A stretch of 64,000 nt of DNA from an uncultured Acidimicrobiales bacterium. GTDB taxonomy: Bacteria; Actinomycetota; Acidimicrobiia; Acidimicrobiales; SHLQ01. This document shows, piece by piece, positions 51,477 to 62,300 of this stretch (position 1 is its first letter; every line of letters begins with the position of its first letter). The stretch spans positions 35,096 to 99,095 of the forward strand of contig CAKZVC010000009.1 in the NCBI GenBank assembly GCA_937922235.1, in the 5' to 3' direction. The notes below the pieces were generated by a model that was not told the origin of the DNA, did no database searches, and worked only from the letters and a program-made list of their open reading frames with translations. The translations under genes and the position numbers were made by a program.

Positions 51477-54400
51477 TCACGATGCTGCTGCGAGTAGCTG
51501 TTCGAGCGTTGCCCCGTTCTGGAGCAGTCGAGCAAAGTCGGCAGGGATGACGAACTCGCGTCTGCCAGAAGCATCGAGCTCAAGGGCATCTGCAATCTGC
51601 TCGTTGAGGCTCTTCTCAAGCTCTGGAGAGATTCCAGCGGCCTCTTGTTGAGCCTTGCGCTCAGCCCAATCCTCGATGAGCTCACCAATGAATGTTGAGG
51701 TGACGACGTCGGCCGCCGTCACACCAATCGGGACGCCGAGGTTTATGAGATTGCCGTTCACCGAGTCGGGCACGCTGTCGCCCTCAAAGCCAGCCACGAT
51801 GCCTTCGGTAATCAACGAGCTCAAGCTGACAAGAAACGACAGCACCTGGGCGATTGGATTGACTCCGCTGGTTTTGAAGTTGAGGTGCGGGTCGTGAAGG
51901 TTCAGTGCAACGTGTGCTCTCGGTTCAACCGTCACTACGAGCTCACCTTGTGCGTTCGTAGAGAAGGTCGGATCGAGTTCGAACGCAACGAAGACGTCGG
52001 CGCGACCGCTAGCACGTGCCCGCGCCCAGTAGCTGTCGCTGGCGTATCGCTGGCAGCCAAAGAATCGGGTGCCGAAGGTCGTCTTGAACCGAGCGTTGTA
52101 TGCGGCTTCGAACGGCACTTGGACGCTCAACCCGATCGGCTCGGTGATCGACGGTGCGCTGAGGTCAAAGCTCGCGTCCTGGGTGATGCGAACCTGTCCG
52201 TTCTGGTCGGTGACCTTCGTGGGGTTGCTGCAAGAAGACGAGTTGACCTTGATATCCGTCGAGTCTTGGTACGTGAACAGCAGGCCGTTCTTATCTAGAG
52301 AGATGCGACCTCCATCGAGTTCAGCGTCGAGCCGTTGCATGATGAGCTCGCACAGTTTCGCTTCACTGCCGGTGACGTCCTTGCAGTCGACGTCTTCGGG
52401 AGTGAAGTCTGGAACGGCGACACAGGTGAGGCCGTTCTCGTAACCCCATCCGTCAGCATCAGGGTCGACAGCGGTGCTCGAGCACTCGGGCGCCGTACCC
52501 AGGTTGGTCGGGCTTCCGGTTGGCGATCCGCCGAGACGCATGCTGTCTGGCCCACGGCCGTTGTTGTAACACTTGTGCAGACGGTTGCCGCTGGTGAAGG
52601 CAAGACCGACACACTTGCCGATCGCACGTTGACCAAGAGCGTTCGGGTGGACGCTTTCAGAGCCGACACCGGTGCTCGTGGTGCGGATACCTGTGGCCCA
52701 CTCGAGGTTTGCATGGTTCGAGCTGTTGTCACGGCTCGTCACCTTTGGTGAACACAGCTCCTTACCGTCGAACGCGTTCGACAGTGAAAGGAAGTCCACG
52801 CCACGTCGGTCAGCGATCTGGCGCATGGTCGAGTCGATGAGCGGCACGAACGTGTTGTTCACGTAGCGCATGTCCGAGTTGCCGAACGGGCAACCATGGT
52901 TGAAACGTTGTGCCTGGTCGTAGCTCGCGCTTGCCGGAACTGGTGACGGGTACGACATAAGGACGATTCGAGCATCGGATTGTCCTGCGTTGTTGAGTAC
53001 TCGCTTGATGTCTTCGACGGTTTCAGAGACTCGTGGCCGCAAGGTGTTCGTGACCTGAGCCTCGAAGTAGGAACTTGTGGCTTCGCACCTATTGCCAGTG
53101 GTGTAGGCCACTGCGCAGGCCGCGACGAACCTGTCGAAACCAATGTCGTTGCCACCGACGGAAACAACGACCATCTCGACGTCATTCGCCTCGACGATGT
53201 CACGCAGCTGGTGAATCTGAAGTCGTTCACCAAAGCGGCCAGTCGTGTTTGCTGGCTGGGACAGTCGGCCAATGTCGCGGGTCGTTGCCCCTGAGCATGC
53301 AATGTTGAGTGCGGTGACACCGGGGATGTTTGCGCTGTGGATCGGCGCTACATCGCTACGGCGGCAGGTATTTGCTGTCCCCGCCTCGTAGGCGCCTGCA
53401 CGCTTCTCTGCTGAGTTGTTGCCGATCAAATGGCCCGACTCACCAGAGATGTATGAATCACCCATCGACACCACGACGTTGCGTCGCGGCGCTTCGTTGA
53501 CGACTTCGTTGGCCGCTTCGTCGGCCTCGTCGGCGGCTTCGGCCAGGTCCACGAGCTCATCCTCGACGTCGCTTGGAAACACCTGCGTTGGCTTCTCGGG
53601 AACGGGAACCGTCGGGCGTGCGGGGGACTCGACCTTGTCGACCGGTCCGGTGCATTGCCACCCGCCTGTCACCCAGTCACATCGGAAGGCCGTGGTGCTC
53701 TCGAACGGTCGACCACAGTCGTTGATGTAGTTGTTCTTCGCTTCCTCGGCCGTTGGGTACAGGCCTCCCTTGCCGTTCTCGCAAGCGATCTGGATTGGCG
53801 TTTTCGTCGGGGCGATCTTCGACGTCACTACCGCCTTCTTCTCCTGGCTCGGAGCTTCGGTCGGCGTTGGCTCCGTCTTGGCGACGTTCGAGTCGGTGGT
53901 GGTCGCCGTGACTCGGTTGGATGCTGCTGATTCGACGTTGCGGCTGTCGACGGCCTTGACCATGTAGCTGTACTGGCCAGGGTTGGTGATGTCGTCGTAC
54001 GGCATCTCGTCGGTGCCGATGGTCTCGATTCGGTTTCCGTTTCGGTACACGTTGTACGCAACAGCTCCCTCGACCTGGTCCCAGGTGAGGATGGCCGTGC
54101 GGCCGTTGGTCTCGACCGTGTGAATCTTCGGAGCATCGATGCGAAGATCCTCCGGTTCCGGTTGCGGTTCCGGCTTGTCCTCAACAGCTGGAGCTTCGAC
54201 AGCTGCTGCGAGCTCAGGCGTTTCGGCCGGAGCTTCTTCAACAACCGCTACCTCGGGCGTGCCGTCCGCGACTGGTGCTTCCTGCACCGGTGCGTCTTCG
54301 ATCGACGCTTCGCCGCCGTCGATGTTCCAGTTCGTGTTACGAGTGGTGTCGGCGTCTACTCGGTTCGAGGCGTCTGATTCGACGTTGCGAGAGTCAACAG

Positions 54401-55085
54401 CTTTGATCATGTAGCTGTACTTGCCAGCAGCATTGATGTCGTCATACGGCATCTCATCGGTGCCGATGGTCTCGATGCGGTTTCCGTTTCGGTACACGTT
54501 GTACGCAACGGCGCCGTCGACTGGGTCCCACGTGAGGATCGCTTTCCGGTTTTCGGTGACAACAGTGAGGATCTGCGGAGCGTCGATCTTCTCGACGGCA
54601 ACAGGCTCAACCTCTGGTTCAGGCTCTGGCTCTGGCTCTGGCTGAGGTTCAGGTTCAGGTTCTGGCTCGGGCTCTGGCTCTGGTTCCGGCTCTGGCTCAG
54701 GTTCATTGGATGGGCGAACCCACGACGTCTTCTTGGTCGTGTCAGCTTCGACCTTTTCCGATCGTTGCGACTCGTCGTTCTCGGCACCGAGCGCAGAGAC
54801 CTCGTAGGTGTAGATGCCAGCCGCGTTGATGTCGTCGTACGGCATCTCGTCGGTGCCGATCGTTTCAAGCAACTTTGAGTTGCGGTAGATGTTGTATCCG
54901 ACCGCACCGTCAACCGGCGCCCACGTGAGGATCGCAAGCCGGTTGCGCGTCTCAACGGAATCGATCACCGGTGCATCGGGAGTTTTGGCAGCCCCCACCT
55001 GTGTGAGCGGGATACCCGCAGCTAAGACAAGCACTGCCAACAGTGCCCAAAGGTGCTTTCTCATGTCTGTCTCCTTGAGTTTCAC
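51477..55085 (-). CDS. Secreted multidomain protein: signal peptide, 3 FN3 modules, (PE)n linker, Cys-rich module, SGNH/GDSL hydrolase, and a 302-aa uncharacterised C-terminal domain
   Basis: 1202 aa. MRKHLWALLAVLVLAAGIPLTQVGA signal. Three LTW.PV.GAV.YN.YRN modules. GDS motif VVVSMGDSYISGESG and His block SESVHPNALGQ. Confidence 0.85.
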   Translation of the reverse strand: MKLKETDMRKHLWALLAVLVLAAGIPLTQVGAAKTPDAPVIDSVETRNRLAILTWAPVDGAVGYNIYRNSKLLETIGTDEMPYDDINAAGIYTYEVSALGAENDESQRSEKVEADTTKKTSWVRPSNEPEPEPEPEPEPEPEPEPEPQPEPEPEPEPEVEPVAVEKIDAPQILTVVTENRKAILTWDPVDGAVAYNVYRNGNRIETIGTDEMPYDDINAAGKYSYMIKAVDSRNVESDASNRVDADTTRNTNWNIDGGEASIEDAPVQEAPVADGTPEVAVVEEAPAETPELAAAVEAPAVEDKPEPQPEPEDLRIDAPKIHTVETNGRTAILTWDQVEGAVAYNVYRNGNRIETIGTDEMPYDDITNPGQYSYMVKAVDSRNVESAASNRVTATTTDSNVAKTEPTPTEAPSQEKKAVVTSKIAPTKTPIQIACENGKGGLYPTAEEAKNNYINDCGRPFESTTAFRCDWVTGGWQCTGPVDKVESPARPTVPVPEKPTQVFPSDVEDELVDLAEAADEADEAANEVVNEAPRRNVVVSMGDSYISGESGHLIGNNSAEKRAGAYEAGTANTCRRSDVAPIHSANIPGVTALNIACSGATTRDIGRLSQPANTTGRFGERLQIHQLRDIVEANDVEMVVVSVGGNDIGFDRFVAACAVAYTTGNRCEATSSYFEAQVTNTLRPRVSETVEDIKRVLNNAGQSDARIVLMSYPSPVPASASYDQAQRFNHGCPFGNSDMRYVNNTFVPLIDSTMRQIADRRGVDFLSLSNAFDGKELCSPKVTSRDNSSNHANLEWATGIRTTSTGVGSESVHPNALGQRAIGKCVGLAFTSGNRLHKCYNNGRGPDSMRLGGSPTGSPTNLGTAPECSSTAVDPDADGWGYENGLTCVAVPDFTPEDVDCKDVTGSEAKLCELIMQRLDAELDGGRISLDKNGLLFTYQDSTDIKVNSSSCSNPTKVTDQNGQVRITQDASFDLSAPSITEPIGLSVQVPFEAAYNARFKTTFGTRFFGCQRYASDSYWARARASGRADVFVAFELDPTFSTNAQGELVVTVEPRAHVALNLHDPHLNFKTSGVNPIAQVLSFLVSLSSLITEGIVAGFEGDSVPDSVNGNLINLGVPIGVTAADVVTSTFIGELIEDWAERKAQQEAAGISPELEKSLNEQIADALELDASGRREFVIPADFARLLQNGATLEQLLAAAS
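53907..54974 (-). repeat. Three tandem FN3-encoding repeats within the 1202-aa gene
   Basis: Modules 2 and 3 are near-identical at the protein level (AILTWD.V.GAVAYNVYRNGNRIETIGTDEMPYDDI....Y.YM.KAVDSRNVES.ASNRV). Module 1 is more diverged. Confidence 0.8.
54618..54704 (-). repeat. (Pro-Glu)n-coding hexanucleotide microsatellite
   Basis: The plus strand reads (CTCTGG/TTCAGG)n, encoding EPEPEPEPEPEPEPEPEPQPEPEPEPEPE. Confidence 0.9.
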
Positions 55086-55156
55086 CTCAAGGTAAAGACG
55101 ACACGAACTCCTGTGAACGGGCAGGGGTACCCATCAAATCAGCGTTGAAAAATCAA

Positions 55157-56377
55157 CTACTTTGCAGGCTTTGGAGCCTTCGGAAGACCAAGCACCATCT
55201 CGCCGATGATGTTGCGCTGTACCTGCGACGTACCCGCGTAGATCGTTCCCGCACGCGCGTTGTAGAAGGTGCCCACCCAGCTCGCTGCATCGTTCTCGGC
55301 GCCGACAAGATCGGTACCGAACGAGGTCTTCGCAATGCCAGTCGGGGTGGTCGCAGCCATACCCAAGATGTCGACCGAGAGCTCGGTGATCTTCTTGTGG
55401 TACTCGCTCCAGTAGAGCTTGAACGTCGACTCGCCCGGTCCAGGATGACCGCCGCCGAGGAACTTCGTGAGCGTCTGCATGCCCATGAGGCGCATGATCT
55501 CGACCTCGGTGTACAGCTTGGCCAAACGGTCCTTGATGATCGGATCGTCGATCTTGCCGTTCGAGCGGGCGAGCTCGACAAGCTTGTCCCACTCAGCACG
55601 GAAGGCAATCGGCGTCGTCGCGGCGGCTTCGCCACGCTCGTAACCGAGGAGCGTCATCGCGACACCCCAACCGCCGTTCACTTCGCCAATAACGTTTTCT
55701 TTTGCGGTACGAGCATCGGTGAAGAAGGTTTCGTTGAAGTCGGCGTCGCCGCTGAGCATTTCGATTGGGCGAACCTCGACACCCTCTTGGTCCATTGGGC
55801 AGAGCATGAAACTGATGCCGCGGTGCTTCGGGGCGTCGGGGTCGGTGCGAGTGAGCACGAAGATCCAGTTGGCGAGCTGTCCGGCCGAGGTCCAGATCTT
55901 CTGGCCGTTGATGATCCACTCATCGCCATCGAGAACTGCGCGGCAGCCGAGGCCTCCGAGGTCAGAACCAGCGTCAGGCTCGCTGTAGCCCTGACACCAC
56001 ACATCTTCACCCGAGATAATGCGAGGAAGGAAGTGGTCCTTCTGCTCATCGGTGCCCCAGTGAAGGATCGTGTTGCCGACCATCTGGATGCTGAAGGCGT
56101 CGTTGCCGCTACCGGTTGGTGCACCAGCCTTGGTGAACTCCTCGGCCAGGATGACCTGCTCGAGCTCGGTGAGGCCACCGCCGCCGTACTGCTTTGGCCA
56201 GGACGGCGCGAGAAGCCCATTCGCAGCCAGCTTCTGGCGCCAATCAAGGCTGAATTCGTGACCAGCCTCGCGATCGAGTGCGCCGATGCCCTTCCACCCG
56301 TCGGGGAGGTTTTCCTTCAAGAAGGTCTGGATTCGAGTCCGGAAAGCTTCGGCTTCTTCGGAGTATGTGGGGTCCAT
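55157..56377 (-). CDS. Acyl-CoA dehydrogenase family protein
   Basis: 406 aa. ACAD three-domain pattern (WCQGYSEPDAGSD, the C-terminal YAGTSQVQRNIIGE). Confidence 0.9.
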   Translation of the reverse strand: MDPTYSEEAEAFRTRIQTFLKENLPDGWKGIGALDREAGHEFSLDWRQKLAANGLLAPSWPKQYGGGGLTELEQVILAEEFTKAGAPTGSGNDAFSIQMVGNTILHWGTDEQKDHFLPRIISGEDVWCQGYSEPDAGSDLGGLGCRAVLDGDEWIINGQKIWTSAGQLANWIFVLTRTDPDAPKHRGISFMLCPMDQEGVEVRPIEMLSGDADFNETFFTDARTAKENVIGEVNGGWGVAMTLLGYERGEAAATTPIAFRAEWDKLVELARSNGKIDDPIIKDRLAKLYTEVEIMRLMGMQTLTKFLGGGHPGPGESTFKLYWSEYHKKITELSVDILGMAATTPTGIAKTSFGTDLVGAENDAASWVGTFYNARAGTIYAGTSQVQRNIIGEMVLGLPKAPKPAK

Positions 56378-56443
56378 CGTCGCTCCTGATGCTGGTTATT
56401 ACTCCACAGTAACAAGTTGGATGGGGGTAACGACGAGCTGTAC

Positions 56444-57994
56444 TCAGGTTGATGTCAGCTCGTTCTCGCCATCACCGACCACACCGAAGTCATCGCTGTA
56501 CTCAGAATCGATCCACGCGATCCAGTCGTCGTACATCTCGGCCTCGTCGGGGGAGTAGCAACGATCGACGGCATCGAACAGGGAAGAGATGATTCCGTCG
56601 GCCTCGACGTAGGACATCGAGTCATCGAACGTGACGAACCAGTCGAGAGCATCGGCAGCATCTTCGGCGGGGCTCTTCGCAAGAACACATTCGAGCGTCT
56701 CATCACTGAAGCCCGCCCGCTGCAAGTCACCCATGCCGTACACAAAGTCGCCTGAACACGTACGGAGCTCAAGGGCCATCTTCGAGACGATTGCCTCCGC
56801 TTGTTCGATCACCCACGCTGGGGGATCAATCCCGTCGACCTCGAACCGCAAGATGTGCCCGGCCCACTCGTCGATGTCTTCACCTTGCAATGCTCCAAAC
56901 GATGCGCAACTCGTTTCCGACAAGGTCGCACCAAATCGTTCGATTCCAGGGTCGAGCGCAACGATCGATCCATAGAGTCCCTCGGCGAAGTCTTTTGACC
57001 AGCCAAACTCTCCACGCTCGGGCTCGCCGTAGAGCTCGGTGACCTTCATCAACAGGCAGTCATCGAGTGCGTTGGACTCGCGCGATTCGACGTTTTTGAT
57101 GGCATTGTCGACACCAAAGGCGCCGCGAACGCTGGCCAGTTTCCATTCTTGCTCGGCTCGGAGTTCATCGATGACGCACGGTCCAAACGTTGGTTCGGTG
57201 AGCCGAAGCTCGGCGACCTTGAGATCGTCGAACGACCCACAGTTGAAAAGGTCGAGCATGAAGTCATCGAGCTCTTCGCCGGAGAGCCCAATACTTGTCA
57301 GCGTGAACGACGGATCCTCCACCGTGATGCCGAGTTCGTTTGCGGCCTCGGCTGAGCCGAGCTCGTCGAGTAGGGCCGAGCCAACGCACGGGTCGCCGTC
57401 GCTGCTGCTCAGGGTGTCATCGAGCTCTGCGTCGATCGCCACGATGAGATCGTCGGCGAGGTCGATGCCGAATGTGCTGCCAAACGCTGCTTCGGGCACA
57501 CACGGTCGAAGCATGTCACGGTTGTCTTCGGTGTCGGCGATGACGAGGTCGCGGTCGATGCCGTCGAATCGCTGCGTGAGGTATGCGTCGACAAGGGCAT
57601 TACCCGGAGCAAACGCCGCATCGCATTCGATCAAGTCGATATCGAGCTGCTCAGCAAGGTGTGTTCGGAACGCGGCATCAACATCCAGGCAATCGATAAA
57701 GCCGGACCGTAGGTCATCGGAGTTGTGGGCATCGACAATCGTTTCGATGACCGTTGGCTCCACAGCTAAGCCGTCACTGGTGAATCCGTTTTCGGCGAGC
57801 TGCTCAAAGCCCACGTTGGTGAGGATCGCCTCTGCGGCGCACGGAGCATGCTCTTCATCGAAGTACGCGAGAACCGGCGCAGCGTTGCTGAGTTCTTGTT
57901 GCATAGCTTCGGGACTGTCACCGGCACACGCCGATAGGACAGCTCCCAACGCGAACAATCCGGCAAGAGTCTGTGTCGTTCGTAACAAGCCCAT
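56444..57994 (-). CDS. Acidic lipoprotein with about 12 regularly spaced single cysteines (unknown function)
   Basis: ATG 57994 gives MGLLRTTQTLAGLFALGAVLSACAGDS (lipobox LSAC). Very Asp/Glu-rich. Recurrent ..C....(L/F)...(L/F)G.. segments. Confidence 0.65.
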   Translation of the reverse strand: MGLLRTTQTLAGLFALGAVLSACAGDSPEAMQQELSNAAPVLAYFDEEHAPCAAEAILTNVGFEQLAENGFTSDGLAVEPTVIETIVDAHNSDDLRSGFIDCLDVDAAFRTHLAEQLDIDLIECDAAFAPGNALVDAYLTQRFDGIDRDLVIADTEDNRDMLRPCVPEAAFGSTFGIDLADDLIVAIDAELDDTLSSSDGDPCVGSALLDELGSAEAANELGITVEDPSFTLTSIGLSGEELDDFMLDLFNCGSFDDLKVAELRLTEPTFGPCVIDELRAEQEWKLASVRGAFGVDNAIKNVESRESNALDDCLLMKVTELYGEPERGEFGWSKDFAEGLYGSIVALDPGIERFGATLSETSCASFGALQGEDIDEWAGHILRFEVDGIDPPAWVIEQAEAIVSKMALELRTCSGDFVYGMGDLQRAGFSDETLECVLAKSPAEDAADALDWFVTFDDSMSYVEADGIISSLFDAVDRCYSPDEAEMYDDWIAWIDSEYSDDFGVVGDGENELTST

Positions 57995-58056
57995 ATGCAA
58001 GTAGTCGGAATATTTGGCAGGTGACCTGACTGAGTCAAACGACCTACGATTGCCCC

Positions 58057-58794
58057 ATGACAATCAAGTGGCTGAACGCCGTGATCGACATCCCCGCGGA
58101 GCACTTCGACGAGGCGGGTGAGTTCTGGGTGCAGCTCACCAATTCCACCCGTGGTGAGATTCACCCCGACCACGACGAGTTCGTGCACCTGCTTCCCGAG
58201 TCAGGCGACATGCACCTCGAGCTCCAGCGAATTAGCAGCGGACCTGCTGGGGCTCACCTCGACCTGGTCGTTGACGGCATCGATGAGATCGCCGCGCTTA
58301 CCGAGCAGGCCGAAGCGCTTGGCGCCACGGTCGTTGCTCGGCCAGGACACACGGTTCTGCACACACCTGGGGGAGTGCCCTTCTGCATCGTGCCTGGGGG
58401 TTCGGAGTTCGAACGGGCGTCGGTCATCGACGCGGAACGCCCACATGCCGTCGACCAGATCTGCCTCGACGTTCCGTACGAGCATTTTGACGCCGACGTC
58501 GAGTTCTGGTCGGCGCTCACCGGGTGGGACATCAACGACCCCTCGCTCCCCGAGTATCGCTCGTTCGCTCAGCCCGAGGAGCTGCCGCTTCGGATTTTGA
58601 TCCAACGCCTGGGCGAAGACGACACCCGCGGTGCCCGTTCGCACCTCGACCTCTCATCGGGAACGCACTTGGGTGAGCTCACCGAAGAACATCGTGCAGC
58701 CGGCGGTGAAGTGCTCGAGGCACACACCCATTGGACTGCCATGACCGACCCCGCTGGGATGGTCTACTGCATCACGACTCGTCCGCCGTTCTAG
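58057..58794 (+). CDS. Two-domain VOC/glyoxalase-like family protein
   Basis: 245 aa. Repeated (F/H)FD....FW..LTG and HLDL.. halves, typical of Glyoxalase-like_dom proteins. Confidence 0.65.
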   Translation: MTIKWLNAVIDIPAEHFDEAGEFWVQLTNSTRGEIHPDHDEFVHLLPESGDMHLELQRISSGPAGAHLDLVVDGIDEIAALTEQAEALGATVVARPGHTVLHTPGGVPFCIVPGGSEFERASVIDAERPHAVDQICLDVPYEHFDADVEFWSALTGWDINDPSLPEYRSFAQPEELPLRILIQRLGEDDTRGARSHLDLSSGTHLGELTEEHRAAGGEVLEAHTHWTAMTDPAGMVYCITTRPPF

Positions 58795-59369
58795 CTATCC
58801 CACTTCGGCGCCGTGCCGCCATCATCGGCAAGGAACAGGTCGAGCAGCTCGCCGGGTGTCTCGGCCTCATGGATCTGCGCACGGTTCTCCGAGCTCAGCA
58901 GCCCGTCGTCGACAACTCGGTCGAGCCATGCGAGCAGGTGCGTGAAATAGCCGTCGATGTTGAGCACACCGACCGGCTTGTGATGGACACCGATCTGTCG
59001 CCAGGTGGCCGACTCGGCGAGCTCGTCGAGCGTCCCGATGCCTCCGGGCAAGGCAATGAAGGCATCCGACCGGTCGTACATGAGCGCCTTGCGTTCGTGC
59101 ATGCCGTCGGTCTCGATGAGCTCGGTCAACCCCTGATGCGCTACTTCCCGACTGAACAAGTTGCGCGGGATCATGCCGACGACCCGGCCTCCAGCTTCGA
59201 GCGCCGTGTCGGCCAGCAAACCCATCAACCCAACCGCTCCGCCGCCGTACACCACGGTCAGGTCGCGGGCGACGAGCTCGTGTGCAAGCGCGATCGTGGC
59301 TTCAGCATTTGCCGGGTTTGATCCGGTGGATGATCCAAGGAAAACGCAGACGCTTGTCATTTCAGGCAT
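58791..59369 (-). CDS. LOG family protein (TIGR00730, nucleotide 5'-monophosphate nucleosidase)
   Basis: 192 aa. VCVFLGSS, VYGGGAVGLMG, PGGIGTLDEL. Confidence 0.9.
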   Translation of the reverse strand: MPEMTSVCVFLGSSTGSNPANAEATIALAHELVARDLTVVYGGGAVGLMGLLADTALEAGGRVVGMIPRNLFSREVAHQGLTELIETDGMHERKALMYDRSDAFIALPGGIGTLDELAESATWRQIGVHHKPVGVLNIDGYFTHLLAWLDRVVDDGLLSSENRAQIHEAETPGELLDLFLADDGGTAPKWDS

Positions 59370-59394
59370 CCGCTGAGGCTAGTGGGCCAAGGGG

Positions 59395-62300
59395 TTAGTC
59401 AGCCTCGACGATGAGGATGTCGGTCGACGAACGGCCGAACGTTTCTGGGGCATACATCTCTTCGGCCTTCGTTGGCGGCACGACGAACGTGCCAGGCGTG
59501 GTGGCCCGAGCGATGTAGGAGTAGTCGTACGTTCCCGCTCGCAAGTAACTCGTAAACGCTTCGGCCCGATCATCGCGGAGGTTCTGATGACTGAACCACT
59601 GCCACCACCACCAGCTGTTCGACGAACGAGCATTCGGGCTCAGCTCTTCGGTTGGGGTGAGCGCAGGATTCAGAATTTCGAGACCAGCTGGCAGCGGATC
59701 GACGAGTGCCACGTGCGTCCGGCGACTATCAGCTGTCATGTCGAGCGTCACCCGAACCTCGGCGCCAGCCTTCACGTGCCAGTTGCCGTCGTCGTCCTTC
59801 CAGACATCTTCGGGGTCGTTCACCGCCTCATAGGTGCGTTGCACCACAAAGCCCCGATCGAGGGGATCGAGGTTCAGGTCCTCGGGGGCATAGTCGAGAC
59901 CCAGTCGGTAGTAGAGGCGCCCGGCGCCGGTCTTGTTGAGGACGATGTTCGTGTCGCCCTCGTCGATTAGCACCGACATCGGCACTACCGTCTGGTTCTG
60001 CTCGGTCGTGCGGCCCTTGTAGGTGTGCTCCGCAACGTAGGTGCCGCCGAGCCACACGCGAGCAACAAAGTCGGGGTCGGCATCTTCGAACGTGTCGAAG
60101 TACTCGTTGAGCGCAAGCAGGATGAACGTGTTCTCCTGCAGGTTGCCCCAGCGTCCCTTCGTCTTGTTGGCCAACAGTCCATTTACGATCTTTGGAATGA
60201 GATCGCTGTCGGGGTCCTCGGTGATGAGAGCGCCAAGGACGATGCCGTCAGTGCGACGGTTGGAGTGCAACAACACGTAGTCGTCATCGCTGTAGTTGTT
60301 GACGAAGGTTGCGCCAGCCGCTGTCTCGGTGACTCGGTTGTTGAACGTGCGGGCGATCTCGGTTCGAATGCCGCTGTTGCTCACGACCGGGAACAGCCAC
60401 GCCAACGCGTCGAGTGAGTGATCGCTGTAGCTGTTGTAGATGTTCTCGGCCTTCGCGGCGTCTCGGTCGTTGTTCAGCGCCCGCACACGGAGCGCATATG
60501 CGCTCACGGTCGTGCGAGATGCGGCGCTCCACTCGGTGAGATGTTCCTCGATGTTTTGGAGGTACGACAGCGCCGAGTTCAGCGTCTGCTGCGGAACATC
60601 GAAGCCAGCCTGACGGGCAACCACCAGGGCATGGGCTGCGTGCACCGAGTTGTACGGCGCACTTCGGCGTCCACGCTGCCAGTAGGGAAAGCCACCGTCG
60701 CGGTTCTGCATGCCGACGAGCGTTTCGATCGAGTTGTTCACCGACTGATTTAGCTCGGCTTCTGTTGGCATGTCTGCAGCATCGAACTCGCTCAGTACAT
60801 CGCGAAGCGCTGCGATGCTGAGAATCTGCGATGCTGCGGCATCGGAGCTGCGATATTCGTACTCGTGTACGTAGATGACCGCGTCGGTCAGAGCCTGAAC
60901 CGCCGTTGATGACGTATTGATCTCAAGACCGCCAAACTGCGGCCACACTTCCGCTGGCCCGATCAACGGCTGGAAGACCGCGCCGTCATCGATCACGCCG
61001 TAGGTGGCGAACGCTTCGGACGTCGCGGGTGTGTATACCGGCAGCGAAATGGTTGCCGCGTCGGCGTTGTCGCCCGAGACGGCCGCGGCCTGGAAGCGAG
61101 CGGTCCCCGCCTCGTTCGCCTCTGCGTCGAATCGAACTTCGACCCGGTCGTTTGCTGGGACGGTTACCTGCTTGCCCGACGGCCCGGTGAGCGTAAGGTT
61201 CGTTGCCTCAAGCACGACGTCGACCACCATGTCGTCGTCGGTTTGATTCTGTACGACAACTGGAAGCTCGAACACGTCGCCGAAGTTCAAGAAGCGTGGA
61301 GCCGACGGACGGACCTGAAGCGGCAAGCGAGCCGTGATGTTCGACTCGCCCGACCCGAAGGTGTCATCGCCTGCGACCGCGACGATCATTACGCGGTAGC
61401 GAGTGAGGTTGTCGGGCATGGTGAACGACATGGTCGCCGTGCCATCGGCATCGGTAGTGAGCTCAGGTTCAAAGACGGCAAGCGCATCGAAGTTCGAACG
61501 AACCTCGATTGGCTCGCCGTCAGCCTTTTGTCGAACCGCGGCTCGTGCTGAAGTCGCCGCGGTGAAGTCCGCGCTCTCCTCCATGGCCTCGTCGACTGCT
61601 TCCATTGCGTCGCCGTCTGCAGCGATCTGAGCAACGTCGCCGCTTTGCGGGGAAACGGGCCCTGGCAGGTTGGGAAGCTCGGGCTTGCTGAGGCGGATGA
61701 GTCGGCGAGTGTGGGCTGATCGGAGGTTCGACTGCAGTGGGCGGTAGAACGTTTCGATCGGGTCGGTGAGCTCATAGCTCGACAGGGCGAGCACGGCCTC
61801 GTCAACGACGACCATCAGCAGCTCCGCACCTTCGACCGGCGCCCCGGTTGCGTCGCGCACGGTTACGTCGACCTCGGTCTCGGCGCCTGGCTCGATCGCG
61901 TCTGATGCCGGAGTAGCGACGACCTCAAGTGTGCGGCTGATCGGCGGAATCCGCAGGCTCAGCTGACCCGAGGCGTACGCGGGGCGAGGCTTCGCTCCAG
62001 CGACCGGCTCGCCGTCATCATCCAAACGAGGTGCGGTACCCGTGAGCTCGACGTGTACGTCGATGTTCGGGATCTGCGAGGCATCGATCGGTATGTCGAG
62101 CACGGTGGTGTCGTTCTCAATCGTGAAGCGGCGCGTCTCGACGATCTTGTTGCGGGTGAGGATCAGGAGACCTTCAGCAGGACCGAACGGCGACTGCACC
62201 AGAACCTCGGCGGTGTCGCCCGGCTGATACGTCTCCTGGTCGGGGACGAGCTCGGCGGACTGACGCTCGACGCTGGTGCTTGGGCGGCTCTTGCCACCGC

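Noticed and set aside
54611-54703. Highly periodic DNA that could be mistaken for a repeat array or CRISPR-like region.
   Set aside because: The period is 6 nt with no spacers. It lies in frame inside a long ORF and encodes a Pro-Glu linker.
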